From assembly GCF_009914755.1 (NCBI RefSeq), contig NC_060927.1: a stretch of 64,000 nucleotides of DNA; one strand, given 5' to 3'. Numbering within the stretch: position 1 is the first letter of the stretch; every line of letters begins with the position of its first letter. A program made the position numbers and the translations under genes. This stretch comes from the human T2T-CHM13v2.0 reference genome, Homo sapiens. The notes beneath the pieces were generated by a model. The model searched no databases. It was not told where the DNA came from and was given only the letters and a program-made list of their open reading frames with translations. Shown here piece by piece: positions 1-14,145 of the stretch.

Positions 1-500
1 TCTGTCTATGTTACTTCAAATAACAGGATTTAAGTCTTTTTTATGACCAAATATTCCATTAGATATAAGTACCATTTTTTAAATCCATTCATCCATAATG
101 GACACAAGTTGATTTCAAATTTTGGCTATTGTGAATAGCACTACAATAAACATGGGAGTGCAGATATCGCTTCAATATACTGATTTCCTTTCTTTTGTGT
201 ATGTATGTAACAGTGGGATTGTGGGATGACATGGTAGTTTTATTTTTAGTTTGTGAGGAACCTCCACACTATTTTCCATTATGGTTGTATTACTTCACAT
301 TTCCACTAACAGTATGTAAGCATGTTTTACTTTTTGATTAAAGTCATTTTAACTGGAATGAGATAATATCTCATTGTGGCTTCATTTGCATTTCCCTGAT
401 AATCAGTAAAATTGAATATTTTTAAACATACTTGTTGGGCATTTGCATGTTGTTAAAGAAATGTCTATTCATGTATTTTGCCCATTTTCTGATTGATTGT
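1..500 (-). mobile_element. L1 (L1MA-type) ORF2 3' end/3'UTR fragment, continues beyond window start
   Basis: Reverse-strand L1 motifs such as 'ttggctattgtgaatagcactacaataaacatgggagtgcagata', 'gaggaacctccacactattttcca' and 'agaaatgtctattcatgtattttgcccatttt'. Confidence 0.85.
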
Positions 501-510
501 TTTATTTGCC

Positions 511-660
511 AATGCTCTCATCATAAAAATGTTAAATATTTGAGATGATTAATATGTTAATTAACTCAATTTAATCTTTGCACAGTCTTTAAAATAGTAA
601 CATTATTATCCTATATAGCTACAGTTATAATTTGTGAATATGTAATTTTTTTTAAAAAAA
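511..660 (+). mobile_element. L1MA 3' terminal fragment with A-rich end
   Basis: 'aatgctctcatcataaaaatgttaaatatttgagatgattaatatgttaattaactc' resembles the L1MA 3'UTR end. Confidence 0.65.
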
Positions 661-1377
661 ACTAACTCGATTATGTTCACAAAGCTGTTAATTGTTAAAG
701 TCTGGACTTGAATACAGCCTGAATAGCTCTAGGGTTCATATTGCTATATTAGGTTTTAAAAATAAACAAAAAGTCATTTAGTACCAAAGATCATTTCCTT
801 TAATTAATATCATCCTAACTATGCTCAACACCCATTTGTTTTTTTAAAACGTGGGGTTTGGGGAGGAGAGCGTGAGAAAGAGAAAGGGTGAGTAAGAAGG
901 GTTAAGAGAAAGGGGAAGGGGGCATTATAATTAAGCATGATTTCATTTGACTTAGTCATCTTAATGCCTACATTGATAAATTACTTACTTTACATACAAG
1001 AGTTGACACCACATGATAGATTCAGAAGATAAAAATTTACAAACATTAAAGATGTGTGAAATTATCCTGTACATTAATCTCAAAAAAAGTATTTGAAGCT
1101 GTTTGAATAATAATTTTGTGATACTTCCAACTGTCTCATATCTCATTTTATATGGCTGAAAACAAAAACTCTGTTTTGAATGAAACAATTTTAATTATTA
1201 TTTATTTATTTTATTTAATCTTGACACAGTAGATATTCCCTACATATTAGCAATATCTAAGTTAATAGCCTAAAAAGAACGATAGCGGTAAGTCACATGA
1301 ATACTAATAGGACAGACTCTAGAAATATAAACAACTCTAAAGTAGATAAATTAAAATAAAGAAAAGCATATGAAAAG

Positions 1378-1570
1378 CTTATCACTATATGATCTAAGAC
1401 AAGTTATATACCATCCATAAATTTTACTTTCTTTCTCTGCAAAATAGATCTCATTATAGCACTTAACATATAAGCATATTATGAGGAAAAATGTCAGTAT
1501 ATAAAAAATGCATGGAACATAGCATAGCGCATAGTATGTGCTTATATAGCAGAGACTGTCATCATTATTA
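1378..1570 (+). mobile_element. MIR SINE
   Basis: Degenerate MIR core 'gatctaagacaagttatata...ctctgcaaaatag...atgaggaaaa...catagtatgtgctt'. Confidence 0.65.
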
Positions 1571-1643
1571 TAATGATAATAATGAAATTATAAGGTGTGT
1601 ATTAATAGCAATTTGATAATGATAGTATGGAAAATGGATTGTG

Positions 1644-2128
1644 TGTAGGAATGGTGACCTTCCCCCTACTCTGAAAATTCAATAATTTAAGTCCGTAAAA
1701 AATATTAGGCAGATTAACAGGAGAAAAAAGTAGGAATTTTAATATGTACATTGTATGTCATTAGGAAACCTCAATGAAAGGTAACTCAAAGTAATGGCAT
1801 AGAATTCTGGCTTACATAACATCTTCAACAAAGAACAGTAAATTTTAGAGAGGTGGTAAGACAAGAAAAGCATTCCGGATGCAGGAAACTGTAGAAAGGT
1901 AAAATTACGCAAAAGGAAACAAATGGAGTAAAGTTTCTAGATTTCTCTGGTGCCATCTCTGAGCTGATAAAAGTTGTCTCAAGCAAAGGATAATTTGTAT
2001 TTTCATTCTTAAGCAGAAATGGGAGTTAGAGAAATCTTTCTGTATTTACTGCTTCTTTGTTGGCCTTAGCTAAAATATATTTATGTAAAAGAGGAATATT
2101 TTAGGATGACATATTCTGGGTTTCTTCA
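1644..2128 (-). mobile_element. MER34-like ERV1 solo LTR
   Basis: TG...CA termini; reverse complement begins 'tgaagaaacccagaatatgtcatcctaaaatattcctc', like the MER34 5' end. Confidence 0.7.
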
Positions 2129-2764
2129 ATTGGAATGGGTAAATGTTGAGTCACAGCAATGAATTAGGAGACATTGCAGTAATCCAGACAATATACCGTA
2201 TACAAGAAGAAGTGGGGGATTTCTGAGAAGCAAAAGTGAATGTCAGAGTTGGTCTCAAGAAGAACAATAGAGGCGTTCTAATCAATTGAGATAGAGGAGA
2301 ATACTATCTGAGATACATTTAGGATAGAAGTCTATTGATAAATAAACCAGGAAGGAGAGTTTTTGCTGTGTCTGTGTTGTCCAGTTTACGGTCTGTTTAC
2401 ACCTTCAGTGGAAACTAGAGAAAATATTATTGATCGTAGCCAAGTGGAAGGGCTTCATTTGTAGGGTTTGGTAAAAAGACTATAATTAGTTTGATCAGTT
2501 GTGTGTATACAGCATCCAATTTTGTGAACCATTAGAAGATTTAAGATTTCAAGTCACTCTATACTGGTGAAGAGAAAAGACTACCCTATAATCTGTTGTC
2601 TCTTTGGTTATTTAGAGAGATTGAATTAATCTAAAGTTATAATACCAAAGAACAGCAGTCTTGACACAAAAGAAAAATAAAATTTTCATTACATTAAGCT
2701 CTTTTTTTACTATTTGAAATTATATAAAGTGTTTGATGAACAGAAAATTATACAGAAGTAGATA

Positions 2765-5130
2765 TATGCATACCTTATTTTATTGTGCTACACTTTATTG
2801 CACTTTGCGGATATTATGTGTTTTAAAAATTGAAGGTTTGTGGTGATCTGCATCAAGCAAGTCTATTGACATTGTTTTTCCAAAAGCATGTATTCACTTC
2901 ATGTCTCTCTGTCACATTTTGATAATTCTTACTAGTTTAAACCTTTTTTTTATATTATACCTGTTATGGTAGTCTGTGTTCAGTGATTTTTGATATCACT
3001 ATCATAATTTTTTGGGGTTGCCAAACACCACACCCTTATAAGATGTTGAACTTAGTTGATACATGTTGTGTGTGTTCTAACTGCTCCAATGAGCAGACAT
3101 AACCCAGTCTCTCTCCCTCTCCAGGGGCCTCCTTATTCCCTTAGACACAACAATATTTAAATTAGGTCAATTCATAACCCTACAATGGCTTCTAAGCATT
3201 CAAGTGAAAGAAACAGTCACAGTCACATGTCTGTCAGTTTAAATTAAAAACTGAAAATGATTTAGCTTAGTGAAGAGGGCATGTGGAAAGCTGAGAGAGG
3301 CTGAAAGCTAGGCCTCTTGTACCCAACTTAGTCGGGTTGTGAATGCAAAAGGAAAGTTCTTGAAGGACATTGAAAGTGTAATTCACTCCAGTGAACACAT
3401 AAATGACAAGCAAGCAAAATAACAGAGTTGCTGATTTGAAAAACATTTTTAGTGGTCTGAAGCTCAAACCAATCACAGCATTCCCTTAAGACAAAGCCTA
3501 ATTGAAAACAAGGACCTAACTCTCTTTCACTCTAAGAATATTCCAAAAGTGAGAAAGCTGCAAAAGAAAAATCTGAAGCTAGCAGAGCTGGGTTTATGAG
3601 GATTAAGGGTAAAAAAAACAAAAACAAAAACCTGTCTCTATAACATAAAAGTGAACCAGCAATTAGAAGCTGCTGTAAGTAATCCCAATTTAGCAAAGAT
3701 AACTGATGAATATGTCTATAATCTAAACAATAGATTTTCAATGTAGATGAAATACCCTCATATTGTAAGAAAATCCCATTTATGACTTTCATAACTATAA
3801 AGGAAACATCAACGCCTGGTTCCAAAACTTCAAAGGGACAGGCTGACTCTCATAGAAGTAGCTAATGCAGCTGATGATATTAAGTTGAAGCCAAAGCTCA
3901 TTACCATTCTGAAAATACTGCGGCCTTAAAAATTATGCTAAATCTACTCTGTGTGTACTTGATAAGTAGAAAAACAAAGCCTGGGCGACAGCACATCTGT
4001 TTATATGTTGGTTTACTGAATATTTAACGTCCACTGTTGAGACCTACTGCTCATAAATAAAGATTCCTTTCAAAATATTAATGCCTATTGATGACATATC
4101 TTGTCATCCTAGACTTCTGATGGAAATATACAAGGAGATTAATGTTGTTCTGATGTTTCCTAATACAAAGAGTAATTTCTTTTTCCAAGTCTTATTATTT
4201 AAGAAACACATTTCCTAAAACTATAACTGTGTTACATAGTGATTTCTCTGACAGATCTGGGCCAAATAAATTTAAAATATTCTGGAAAAGATTCACCATT
4301 CTAGATGCCATTAAAAGGAATTGTGATTCATGGGAGGAGGTTACCATGTCAACCTTAACGAGAGTTTGGAAGAAGTTGATTCCAACCCCCATGGAGGCCT
4401 TTGAGAGGGTCAAGACTTCAGTGGAGGAAGTAACTGCAGACATGTTAGAAATAGCAAGACAACTAGAAATAGAATTGGAGAATAACGAAGTCACTGAACT
4501 TCTACAATCTCATGACAAAACTTGAACCAGAGAAGACTTGCTTCTCATGTAAATGAGTAAAAAATGTGTGTTTTTTTTTAGATGGAATCTTCTCTTGGTG
4601 AAGATGCTGTGAACATTGTTGAAATGATAGCAAAGGATTTAGAATAATACACAAACTTAGTTGATAAAGCAGCAGCAGAGCTTGAGAAAACTGATGCAAT
4701 TTTGAAAGAAGTTCTACATTGGGCAAAATACTATGTCAGCATTGCATTCTACAGAAAAAAATATTTTATGAAAGAATAAATTGGTACAGCAAATTTTATT
4801 GTTGCCTTATTTTAATAAATTGCCACACCCACCCCAATCTTTAGCAAGGAAAATCCTGATAAGTCAGCAGCCATCAACATAAAGGCAAAACCTTTCACCA
4901 ACAAAAAGATTATAACTCGCTGATGGCTCAGATGATTGTTAACATTTTTTGGCAATTAAGCACTTTTTAAACAACATTTGTACATTGTGTTATTAGATAT
5001 ACTACTATTGCATGCTTAGACTAGAGTATAAAAATAACTTTTATATGCACTGGGAAACTAAAATACTTGTATGACTCACTTGATTTCAGTAGTCTAAAAT
5101 TAAACCCACAATACTTCCAAGGTGTGGATG
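2765..5130 (+). mobile_element. Tigger1 DNA transposon, near full length
   Basis: Left end 'tatgcataccttattttattgtgc' after TA; right end 'aacccacaatacttccaaggtgtggatg'; internal sequence follows Tigger1; ~2.37 kb. Confidence 0.95.
3186..4790 (+). pseudogene. Disrupted Tigger1 (pogo-family) transposase
   Basis: ATG in 'cctacaatggcttctaag'; ORF 4229-4525 'FTILDAIK...DSWEEV...VWKKLIPT...KTSVEEVTADMLEIARQLE...VTELLQSHDKT' is Tigger1 transposase; many stops and frameshifts. Confidence 0.85.
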
Positions 5131-5520
5131 CATAGATAGTTACAAAAGGAAGGAAACAAACCTAGGGCCTCTAAGCAAACTGTTTAAGACTAAGAACATT
5201 GTTAACAGTATTGAAAGTTCATGTATGTGATTAATTCTTTTCTTACCTTCCACATATATACGGACTATTGAATACATTCTGACCTAAGTCTTATTGATAG
5301 ATTTGTTTCTGCAGCACCTAGAATAGTACTTTATTTATAGATGATTTTCAGCATATATTTTTTAGTTGAATGTAATCCAGGCAAAAGACAACATGCAGTA
5401 ATAAAAAAATACAAGAAAAATTGTTTTTCAGGAAATGAAAATTAAGATATGTGTATTTTTGCTCTTTAAGTTTAAATATTTGATACAATTTATGACACAT
5501 TGGATTTAAAATGCTAGTAG

Positions 5521-6500
5521 TGATGGCATCGGTCACTCCAGATGGCCTGCCGCTGCCTTCATACTGGCTGTATCAGGGACATGTGGGCAGGGCTGCAAAC
5601 TCCATGGAGCCGATGGGGACAGGGGAGAAGTGGGAACCCTGCCCCTTCTGAGTTGGAGAGGAAGCTCCCTGGGTGCCGCTGCTGATGCCTAAACTATGTC
5701 TGCAGACTCAGGCAGCCCTGCACTCTTGGGGGCCCAGGAAGGACCCCCCTTCCCTGGCAGGCTCAGAAGTGCCTGATCCTGCTGCCTGGCTTCTCCCTGC
5801 TGTCGGTGCCCACTTTGATCTTGGATCAAAGCCGAGGCTGATCCCTGGTGCCATGACGGGCAGCAGCAAGCAGACAGGCTTCTGAGTGGAAGGGGGCAAG
5901 TTCCTGGTGAGACTCCACCTTCAGGCCAGGGAGGGCCTGAAGGTCGGGCTCTCAGTCCCACAGACTGAAGTGGGAACTTGTGGTGCCTTTTCTGGGCCCA
6001 CCCATTGCCACCCATGTACCAATCAGTGCGCATTTTCTCCCCTCTGAGGCCCATTAAAACCCTGGACTCAGCCAGATTGAGCAGATGGCAGAACGACCAG
6101 CTGCGTGGAGGAGCTATCCTCTCTGCTGAGAGCTTCAGAGACTTGTAGAGAGGTCAAGACTACCACCTTCAAAGAGGAGTAACCCATTTCAGTATATCCT
6201 CTCTGCTAGGAGCTGGGCAGATGTCAGGATGACCAGCTGCAGAGTGAAGCTACCCTCTCTAGGGCCTCGGCTCTGATGAGAGCTGCAGAGACAAGATGAC
6301 CTGCCTGCAGAGAGGAGCTACCCACTGCAGGTCTCCTCTGAGCTGTTGTAACACTCAATAAAGCTCCTCTTTATTTTGCCCACCACCCACTTGTCCACAT
6401 ACCTCATTCTTCCTAGATGCAGGACAAGAACTCGGGCAAACGTGCAACCAGCCACAGAGGTTTCCAGCCAGAAAAGTGACACCCCAAAGATCCTGTAACA
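5521..6500 (+). mobile_element. MER52/LTR28-family ERV1 solo LTR
   Basis: Starts 'tgatggcatcgg', ends 'cacagaggtttccagccagaaaagtgacaccccaaagatcctgtaaca'; AATAAA at ~6357; 4-bp TSD GTAG at 5517-5520 and 6501-6504. Confidence 0.85.
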
Positions 6501-6616
6501 GTAGGTCAATAGAGGATTTAGGAATAAATCGTGCTGGCCTCCTATGCATCCATCTCTTTGCCATTTTTGTCAATTCTTTTCTGATTGATTACTCTAGATT
6601 TGGTACATAATTCTAA

Positions 6617-6940
<324 letters not shown>

Positions 6941-7829
6941 GCTTCCTCCCCATTGTTTAATAATGGACACAATTTTTTTTTGTTCTTATGTTATTTTTCA
7001 AAGTTCATCTTCCATTAGCTTAAAAAAAAAGATCCATGGTTCCTCCTTTGCAGCTTGGCAATCAAACTAAAAAAATTGAAAGCAATATAGTCTCAGAAAA
7101 GTGAAGACATTATTTCACTGTTTTCTTATGATCAATTGCTACTAAAAATGGGAAGTTAAGTATATTCAGTATTATAAATGTAATTATTTAAAAAATTAAA
7201 TTTGGAGAATGGGAAGTGGAGGTAAGGAGTTGAGACATTACTAGAAAATATCCTTTCAAATGAACATTTTCGCCTTACTTTTGTTTAGTGGAGGAATGAT
7301 TAATATATGATAGATATGATAGAATTCACTAATTGAGTTGGGCTATTTCCTCTAGACCAATAAATAACCTAGAAAAGCTAAATATGTACATATATATCTC
7401 CTCTGCAGTGGAATGAACACAAAATTGGTTACCCTTTTGTACCTTGGTCTTGTTATCATTTGAAATAAGATGCCATTTCCATCTTGAGAGACCAGATTAT
7501 TATTTATTTACAGGGTCTAGATACTGGAAAGGGAGTTTGTAGTCACTATAATATTCTTACCTTTACAAGGCTTAAAGGTAATTTTCTTTTTGTGTTTAAC
7601 TCAAAATTTTACAATACCAACAGCAAAACTAATTAAAAATAATGTAATCAGTTTGAGGGAATGGAGAATAAACACATAGCAGAAATAATCCCAAATAATT
7701 TTTGAACCAAATAATTTTTGTTCTAAAATGCCACTGCTTATATTAGTATCCTCATTTTATTTATTTTTAATTTCAGAAATCTTTATCAATTTAATGCATT
7801 CACGTAGATCAAACTATATTAAATACTTC

Positions 7830-9200
7830 TGGAAATTTATAATAATCATAGTTTTAAAATATCCTGCAGTGTCATGTCTAGCTCTCATAACTGCTACCAA
7901 GAAATATTGACTTTTAACAATTTTAAGTTAGTTACTTCTTCTGATAATTATGGTTACATAATGTGGTATAATATGCTCTTATAGCAGTATATATTAATTT
8001 TATTCTATGGCATTTGAGTATTTCACACTTATTAAAAAAATTTAACCTCCACTTTTTCTTCTTCTCTGCACCCATCTTTCTAGTAGCAATGTATCACAGT
8101 ATTTGGTTAAATTAGTGGGCATTACATTTCATTTTGAACACAAAATAATAAAGAAAATTTGTATTATTTGCACATGACGTTCTTACCTTTTATTTGTATT
8201 TTATAGATGTTATTCACCTCCTTAATTTTTACATTTTATTATTATATTTTCAAATGCTTACTAGATCTATCATATACCCAATGATAGCATGTCCAGTCTT
8301 GTGACATAAGATAATTTTTTAATTGTATTATATTTTTCTTTTTGACCTTCTATGCATCCATCCTTTTACCATTTTTCCCAATTTTTTTTCTGATAACTCT
8401 ACATTTGGTGAAATTCTACTAAAAATTATCTCTTCCTCCCCATTTGTTAATGGATACCATTTCTTTTTGTTCTTATGTCATTTTTCAAGGTGAATCTTCC
8501 ATTAGCTGAAAAAAAAAAAAAAAAAAAAAAGACGTATGGTTCCTCCCTCACAGTTTGGCAATCAAACTGCAAAATTGAAAGTAATATAGTCTCAGAAGTG
8601 TAAAGGCATTATTTTACTGTTTTCTTAAGACTGATTGATACTGCTGAGAAATATGATACCAATCTCATTCAAATCTCACTTCATGTGACTTTTTTTTTAA
8701 CTCTGTAAGCTCTTAGTATCTACCTATTATTTATTGCATACTGAAATTTTCAGGGATGTAACCAATATGCATATATATATGTATGTGTGTGTGTGTATAT
8801 GTGTGATATAAATATATGTGTGAGTAATTTTTTATTGTAGTGAACACTTGGTAGTTTTTTTTAGTCTTGAAACTCAAATCTTGTATATTCTGTGAAATTC
8901 GAATTATTCAAATAAAAATGAAGATGTTCCTATCTTTTCTCTTCTTTTTTCATCATAACAATGTTTTGTATGAATATAGAACCCAATAATTAGCTAATTT
9001 AATGTTCTATATTTTTAAAAAATGAATATTATTTACCATCTCTTTTCTTCTCTGAGCTTTTCTCAACTTCATGTTCTAATCCTCTTGTTGAATTTTTGCA
9101 TTTCCTTGTCATGCTTCTTATTTTCTAAATATGTTCTTTTTTATCAATTCTTTTATTTTTGCATTATTTCAATTCTATAGCAACCTTTTGTTTTAGATGT
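7830..9200 (-). mobile_element. Ancient L1M/HAL1-like ORF1-region remnant
   Basis: T-rich strand with 'gatactgctgagaaatatgataccaatctcattc' and 'actgaaattttcagggatg', resembling reverse-strand old L1/HAL1; very diverged. Confidence 0.45.
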
Positions 9201-10857
9201 AAACTCTTATAGATTCAGTGATAAGGGATCATGGTGTGGCTTCTCTGTCTTGTTTAATTAGAAGTCTCCTTTATTATAGAGGTAAGATTATTGTTCCCTA
9301 TCTCATTTTTCAATAATCAGCTTTGGAATTTCAAGTCATTTGGGTTTAATTTCTAACAAAAATTTACTTCCTCTGATTTTTTTTTTTTTTGCAAAGTTGC
9401 CTGCTATTATACAAGTATTGCAGGAATTATCTCGCTCTGAGAATGGGCAACATTATAGGGCTAGCCAATTATTTTCAAACACATATTCCTAATTCCAGTT
9501 GTAGGATGGATGGATAGCCACATTTTATATTATTTTACTCTTTTTTCTTCTTTCTCTTGATTAATTAAAAAACAACAATTTCAATATAAAAGAGCTAATT
9601 AAGAAAACAAAGATTACCATGAGAAATATATTGATTTTTTAATCTTTGATTCTTGTATCTTGGAAAAAATGGTTTAAAAGTCTAAAACAAAACCATATAT
9701 TTGGAAAAAAATAGCAGTATTACCACACCTCTTATAAGCTATATATATCTGCTTTGAAAATAACATATTGAATTGTTTTTTATTTTTGTTCATTAATGTA
9801 GTTATGGTATGAAATAATTTATTTAATAATTGACATACTGTATGAAGCAAAATATACAACTTAAATTTTGAAATAGAAGTGTGACTTTTGATATGTAAAA
9901 TAATATAAGTTGTATATGAACATCATTGTTATGATTAAAGAAAGGACTACACTTTCTTTATATAGTCTCATTTTTTCTAACCACGAAGTTAAATATATTT
10001 GTTTTATTTATTTATTTTATTTGTTCTAAGATAATAATTAAGATAGAATTTCATAAAAATTGGAATTAGAAAAGAAAGAAGGGTAATTATTTTAATCTAA
10101 TTTTTTAGGCTTCTTCAGTATTGAAGATTTTTAAGCAATTATAGAAAGACTTGCTTTTACTTTGTTTAGTTTTTACTTTAAAAATTTCAACAATCCAAGG
10201 CGTATGTCATTCCTTTTCCATTATATCTTCCTTTTCAAAAATTAATTAAAAACTTTTTTCTAGGTCAATACAAAAAAACTTTAAGTTACTCTGAAATGCC
10301 TAATTCTATCTATATGTCTTTTCACAAGAAAGCAGACAGACTTCTGGCTCTTTGAAATGTTTGCCTTTAATGGTCTACTTTATAGACAATGTCTACTTCT
10401 GGGTTAAAAGCCCCTGGACATAGTTTTCATGCCCTACGTAAGTCATTATCTACAAAGGCTCTTCCTATACCGGATTCCCACAGAAGATGTCTGAGCATAA
10501 ATGAAGACTTCATTTCCATTTTAACTCTTCAAGAGGAAAGTCTGAAGGAATCCTGAGCTGGTGAAAGGCAGAATGAAAGAGGGAGTTCAGCCCAAGTAGA
10601 ACCTTGACATTGATATGAAAGTAGTTTTGATGAAAAGACCTTTAGACTGACATCCTTCTGATATCCAGTGGGTCTTGATTTCAGTATCTAAAGAGAATAC
10701 CTCATCATTCCATTGAAATGAAAGTTTTTTTTAATAAAGTGTAACATTTGCTCTATAATGAGAATGATTGATAACGGCAGAACCCATGTTTATACATTAC
10801 AAGATATGAAAGGTTTCTAGATGGTAAATTAAGACAAAAGTTTGAGAAATAAAATAA

Positions 10858-10960
10858 ATCTGGGTTTGAAACTTAGCTTCACAACTTTCTAAAAGTGTGA
10901 ATGTGCAATTCATTTAGAGTAGATATCTACTTCCTTCTTTATCTACGAAAAGGGGGCTTC
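10858..10960 (+). mobile_element. MIR fragment
   Basis: 'ctgggtttgaaacttagcttcacaact...tttatctacgaaaagggg'. Confidence 0.4.
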
Positions 10961-11014
10961 TACTAGGTCTCAGGGCTAAATATTAAGAGTGCATAAATTA
11001 GCTCAGCCTGCTAA

Positions 11015-11225
11015 AAAACACCCACAGAATGGTATGGCAAAGAGAGAGTGCTGGCCTCTCTTTCTCTTTGGGTAAGGATATTCACCCTATCAGGGAGGTC
11101 CTACACTCAAAGTCGCGTCCAAACCTAATTACTGCTAGAAAACCTTACCTCCAAATACCATTGTATCGAGGATAAGGGGTTCAACATATAAATTTTGTGA
11201 AGATACAAACATTTATTCCATAACA
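11015..11225 (-). mobile_element. MaLR (MLT1A/MST-type) LTR fragment
   Basis: Ends 'ccttacctccaaataccatt...ggttcaacatataaattttgtgaagatacaaacatttattccataaca', the reverse complement of an MLT1A-type 5' end. Confidence 0.7.
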
Positions 11226-11399
11226 AAAGAAACATTGTATGGAACTACTCAGAGAGGGACCCTGGTGTAAACTGGAAATAAAGTCAGCTTCTTAGAAAGT
11301 ACACTGCTTGTGAACTGTGAAAGGGAAATAAAGGAAAAATTAATTGACATACAGTTGATGTATGAGTTCTGAGTTGGAGCTGACTACAGAGCCCTGTCT

Positions 11400-11600
11400 A
11401 CTATGTATAGGAGGCAATAAAGAAATTCAGAAAGCAGTCACCTTGTTCTTCAAGTCCCAATAGCCCTAGGTAGTCCACTTTCTTCTGTCTACCTTTCCAA
11501 GCCTTCCTATGCTTGTTTGTTTTATTAGGTCAAGAGTTTTTTAGTCGTAAGAGGGATGGCCTTTAAGGAATAAGCCTACACCATCTTGGTGAGAATCAAA
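11400..11600 (-). mobile_element. Old L1M 5'-end fragment
   Basis: 'ccactttcttctgtctacctttccaagccttcctatgcttgttt...cctacaccatcttgg' resembles reverse-strand L1MC/L1MD 5' ends. Confidence 0.4.
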
Positions 11601-13203
11601 ATTTTAACTTATGTAATAACCAGATTTCTATTGGTTGCTATGATTAAATGTGTCAATCACCATTTAAAGTTACTTTATTAATGATGTCATAATTTTAAAA
11701 TGGGCACATCATGTGGAATATGCTTTTTGAATTCAATCTTTGTGTATTAACAAACTCTTCACTTATCCATGAAATTTTGTGATCTCCTACAAGTTGGCCA
11801 CTTTGTTTAGTTTTGTTCATTGTTATTATGTTAATAAAAATAAGTAGCTTTAAATATCTTCATGCATTTTTTTACACACACATTTTAAGATTACTGAACT
11901 GTTAGTGGAGATTAGAATACAATCCAAGTGAACTCTAGATTTTTCACATAACTTCATCTGACTTGTACTTCTAATTTTTAGTGTAATTCACCTCATGTTT
12001 GAAAAGAGAGAAAAGGTTTTTAGCTAGTGATGGGAAGACTACAGGCTGATTGAGAAAATATGAGAGACACTGAAGAGGAAGTGTTAATTTTTAAATATTT
12101 CAGTTTAGGAATAACCTTTCATTTTTACATAAGCTTTTTGCTGTCCTATATGTGATAATATATATTCAGAAAATATTTTTAAAAATAAGAGGTATTTTCC
12201 AACATGCCTAATTAGTATGGAAATATATTCTTGTCAGTGATAATTTTAGTTGAAAATAATCATTTATTATAAGTGAGGCAAAATCCTAAATTATTAGATG
12301 TATTATTTTGTGTAATTCTCACAACAGCAGACTTTTAATGAAGATACTTACTAAATTTATTTATGAATTTTGATTCAATTTTAAGCACTTATTCTAAGTA
12401 AAAAAAATCATTGTTTAATTGTGGTTTTCAACTCAATTCTAATAAATGTATTGTAAAAATTAAATGAATACCCAATATTATTTGTAGAAGTTCTTTTGCC
12501 CATTCCTGTTATGATCAGAAAAACAAAATAATTTAAATACTTTTTAAAACTAAAGTATTTAATATAAAACTGTCAAAAATAAATTTTATATAATTAAAAT
12601 ATAGAACGTTTATTTCACTTATTAAAATGCACAATGTGACAGAAATTTAATATTAAAAAATAATACATGTAGAATAATGTAATGTTTATAAGATTATATA
12701 AACACATAATATCCAAAAATTTTAATCCAGGCTATGGCATTAAAATTTTTAGATTTAATTTTCTTAGTGTATATCTACGTGTAGTTTCTCATTTCTCTCT
12801 CTATACTCTATTTGAGATGCATTTCTTACTAGAAATGTATAATATTCTAATTTTATTTTAAATGTGCTTATTAGAGTTTGTGCAGTTTACTTATAAGATT
12901 TTAACTTCTGATAACTAACTTTTAATTTTAAGTTTCTCGCCAATACTCTTCTTCATCTTTTCTCATTAACATTTCTGTTTTGTTTTACAATTTTGCATGT
13001 CTTTGAATGTCCTATACATACATATTATAAAATTTTCAGAAGATTATTCAACCAAATCATTGTTATAAGGAGGTAGTTTTAAAAATGTATTGAGCTATAC
13101 TACTTCACTCATAATTTCTTAGTATGCTTTAGGATATTAGTTTAAACTCTCAACTTATATGACAGCCTCTCTCTCTCTCTCTCCCCATCCTTCTTTCTCT
13201 TAG

Positions 13204-13306
13204 AGGAGTTAGAAGTTACTTCTTTGTGCTGATGTGGTGATGCATGGGATGTTACAGAGCCAGCCACAGAAATAATTGACAGCTGGACCCAGCTCCTGTT
13301 TATAAG
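13204..13306 (+). other. Candidate non-coding exon
   Basis: ~35-nt polypyrimidine tract ending '...ttctttctcttAG'; donor AAG|GTAAGA; stops in all three frames. Confidence 0.3.
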
Positions 13307-14145
13307 GTAAGACCTGGTCTTCCATCTTTCTTATTCTGTTTTCTACAGTCTGTAGAGATTTCGTTATTTGGCAAGAGTTTTTCAGAGCTTTAATTAGTGC
13401 CATGAGAATGAGTTAGCAGGGATAGTATGAGTCCCTGGATTGAAACATCAGTTAACCATGTGCAGAGCTCCACAGAGGCACACCTCCAGCTGAAAGTCTC
13501 AGCTCTGGAGAAGAGCAGACCCATGGCTTTATCTGGAATCAATTTCCAATAAAATAGAAATATAAATTAGCTTGTATTTGAGCGCAGTTATACATTTTGT
13601 TACTTACTTTTAGAATTTATTCCTTACACTTGGTAGACAGTCATTTATCAAAGCATAAACTCACTCATTTATCTTAATCTAGAAATAAATTTCTATCGTA
13701 GTAAGGAAAAAGTTACATAAATTTGGAGATTACAAGATCATTTTAAGACTTATCTGCCATCATATTATCATGAATTTTTAGATGTAATTTATTTTATGAA
13801 GCAAGGAATGCACTGTTTACTTGCTATCTTTGCTTGCACAAGAACTAATTATGTAAATGGTCACAGATCTGAAAATAATTACTGTCAACATATTTTTCAG
13901 AACTGTCACTTTGACAACACTATCTAATTATATACTAAGTCAAAGGATTATAAAATATAATAACTATAAAGACTATATTTTGGTAATGCCACGTGTAATT
14001 GTAATTGATGGAGTCTTTCCATAGAATGTTATCCAATTAAAATACATTCAAAGGTAATACAAAATTAACGTCTGTTTAGATAAGGAATTGCTTCAACTTC
14101 AGATATCAGGGAAACATACCAACATTGGTTTAAATGTATTTATGG

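Noticed and set aside
5673-6573. Several overlapping GC-rich ORFs that look like a CpG island or gene start
   Set aside because: Entirely inside a MER52/LTR28-like LTR with a TSD; no protein similarity recognised. The same applies to the ORFs at 59927-61194.
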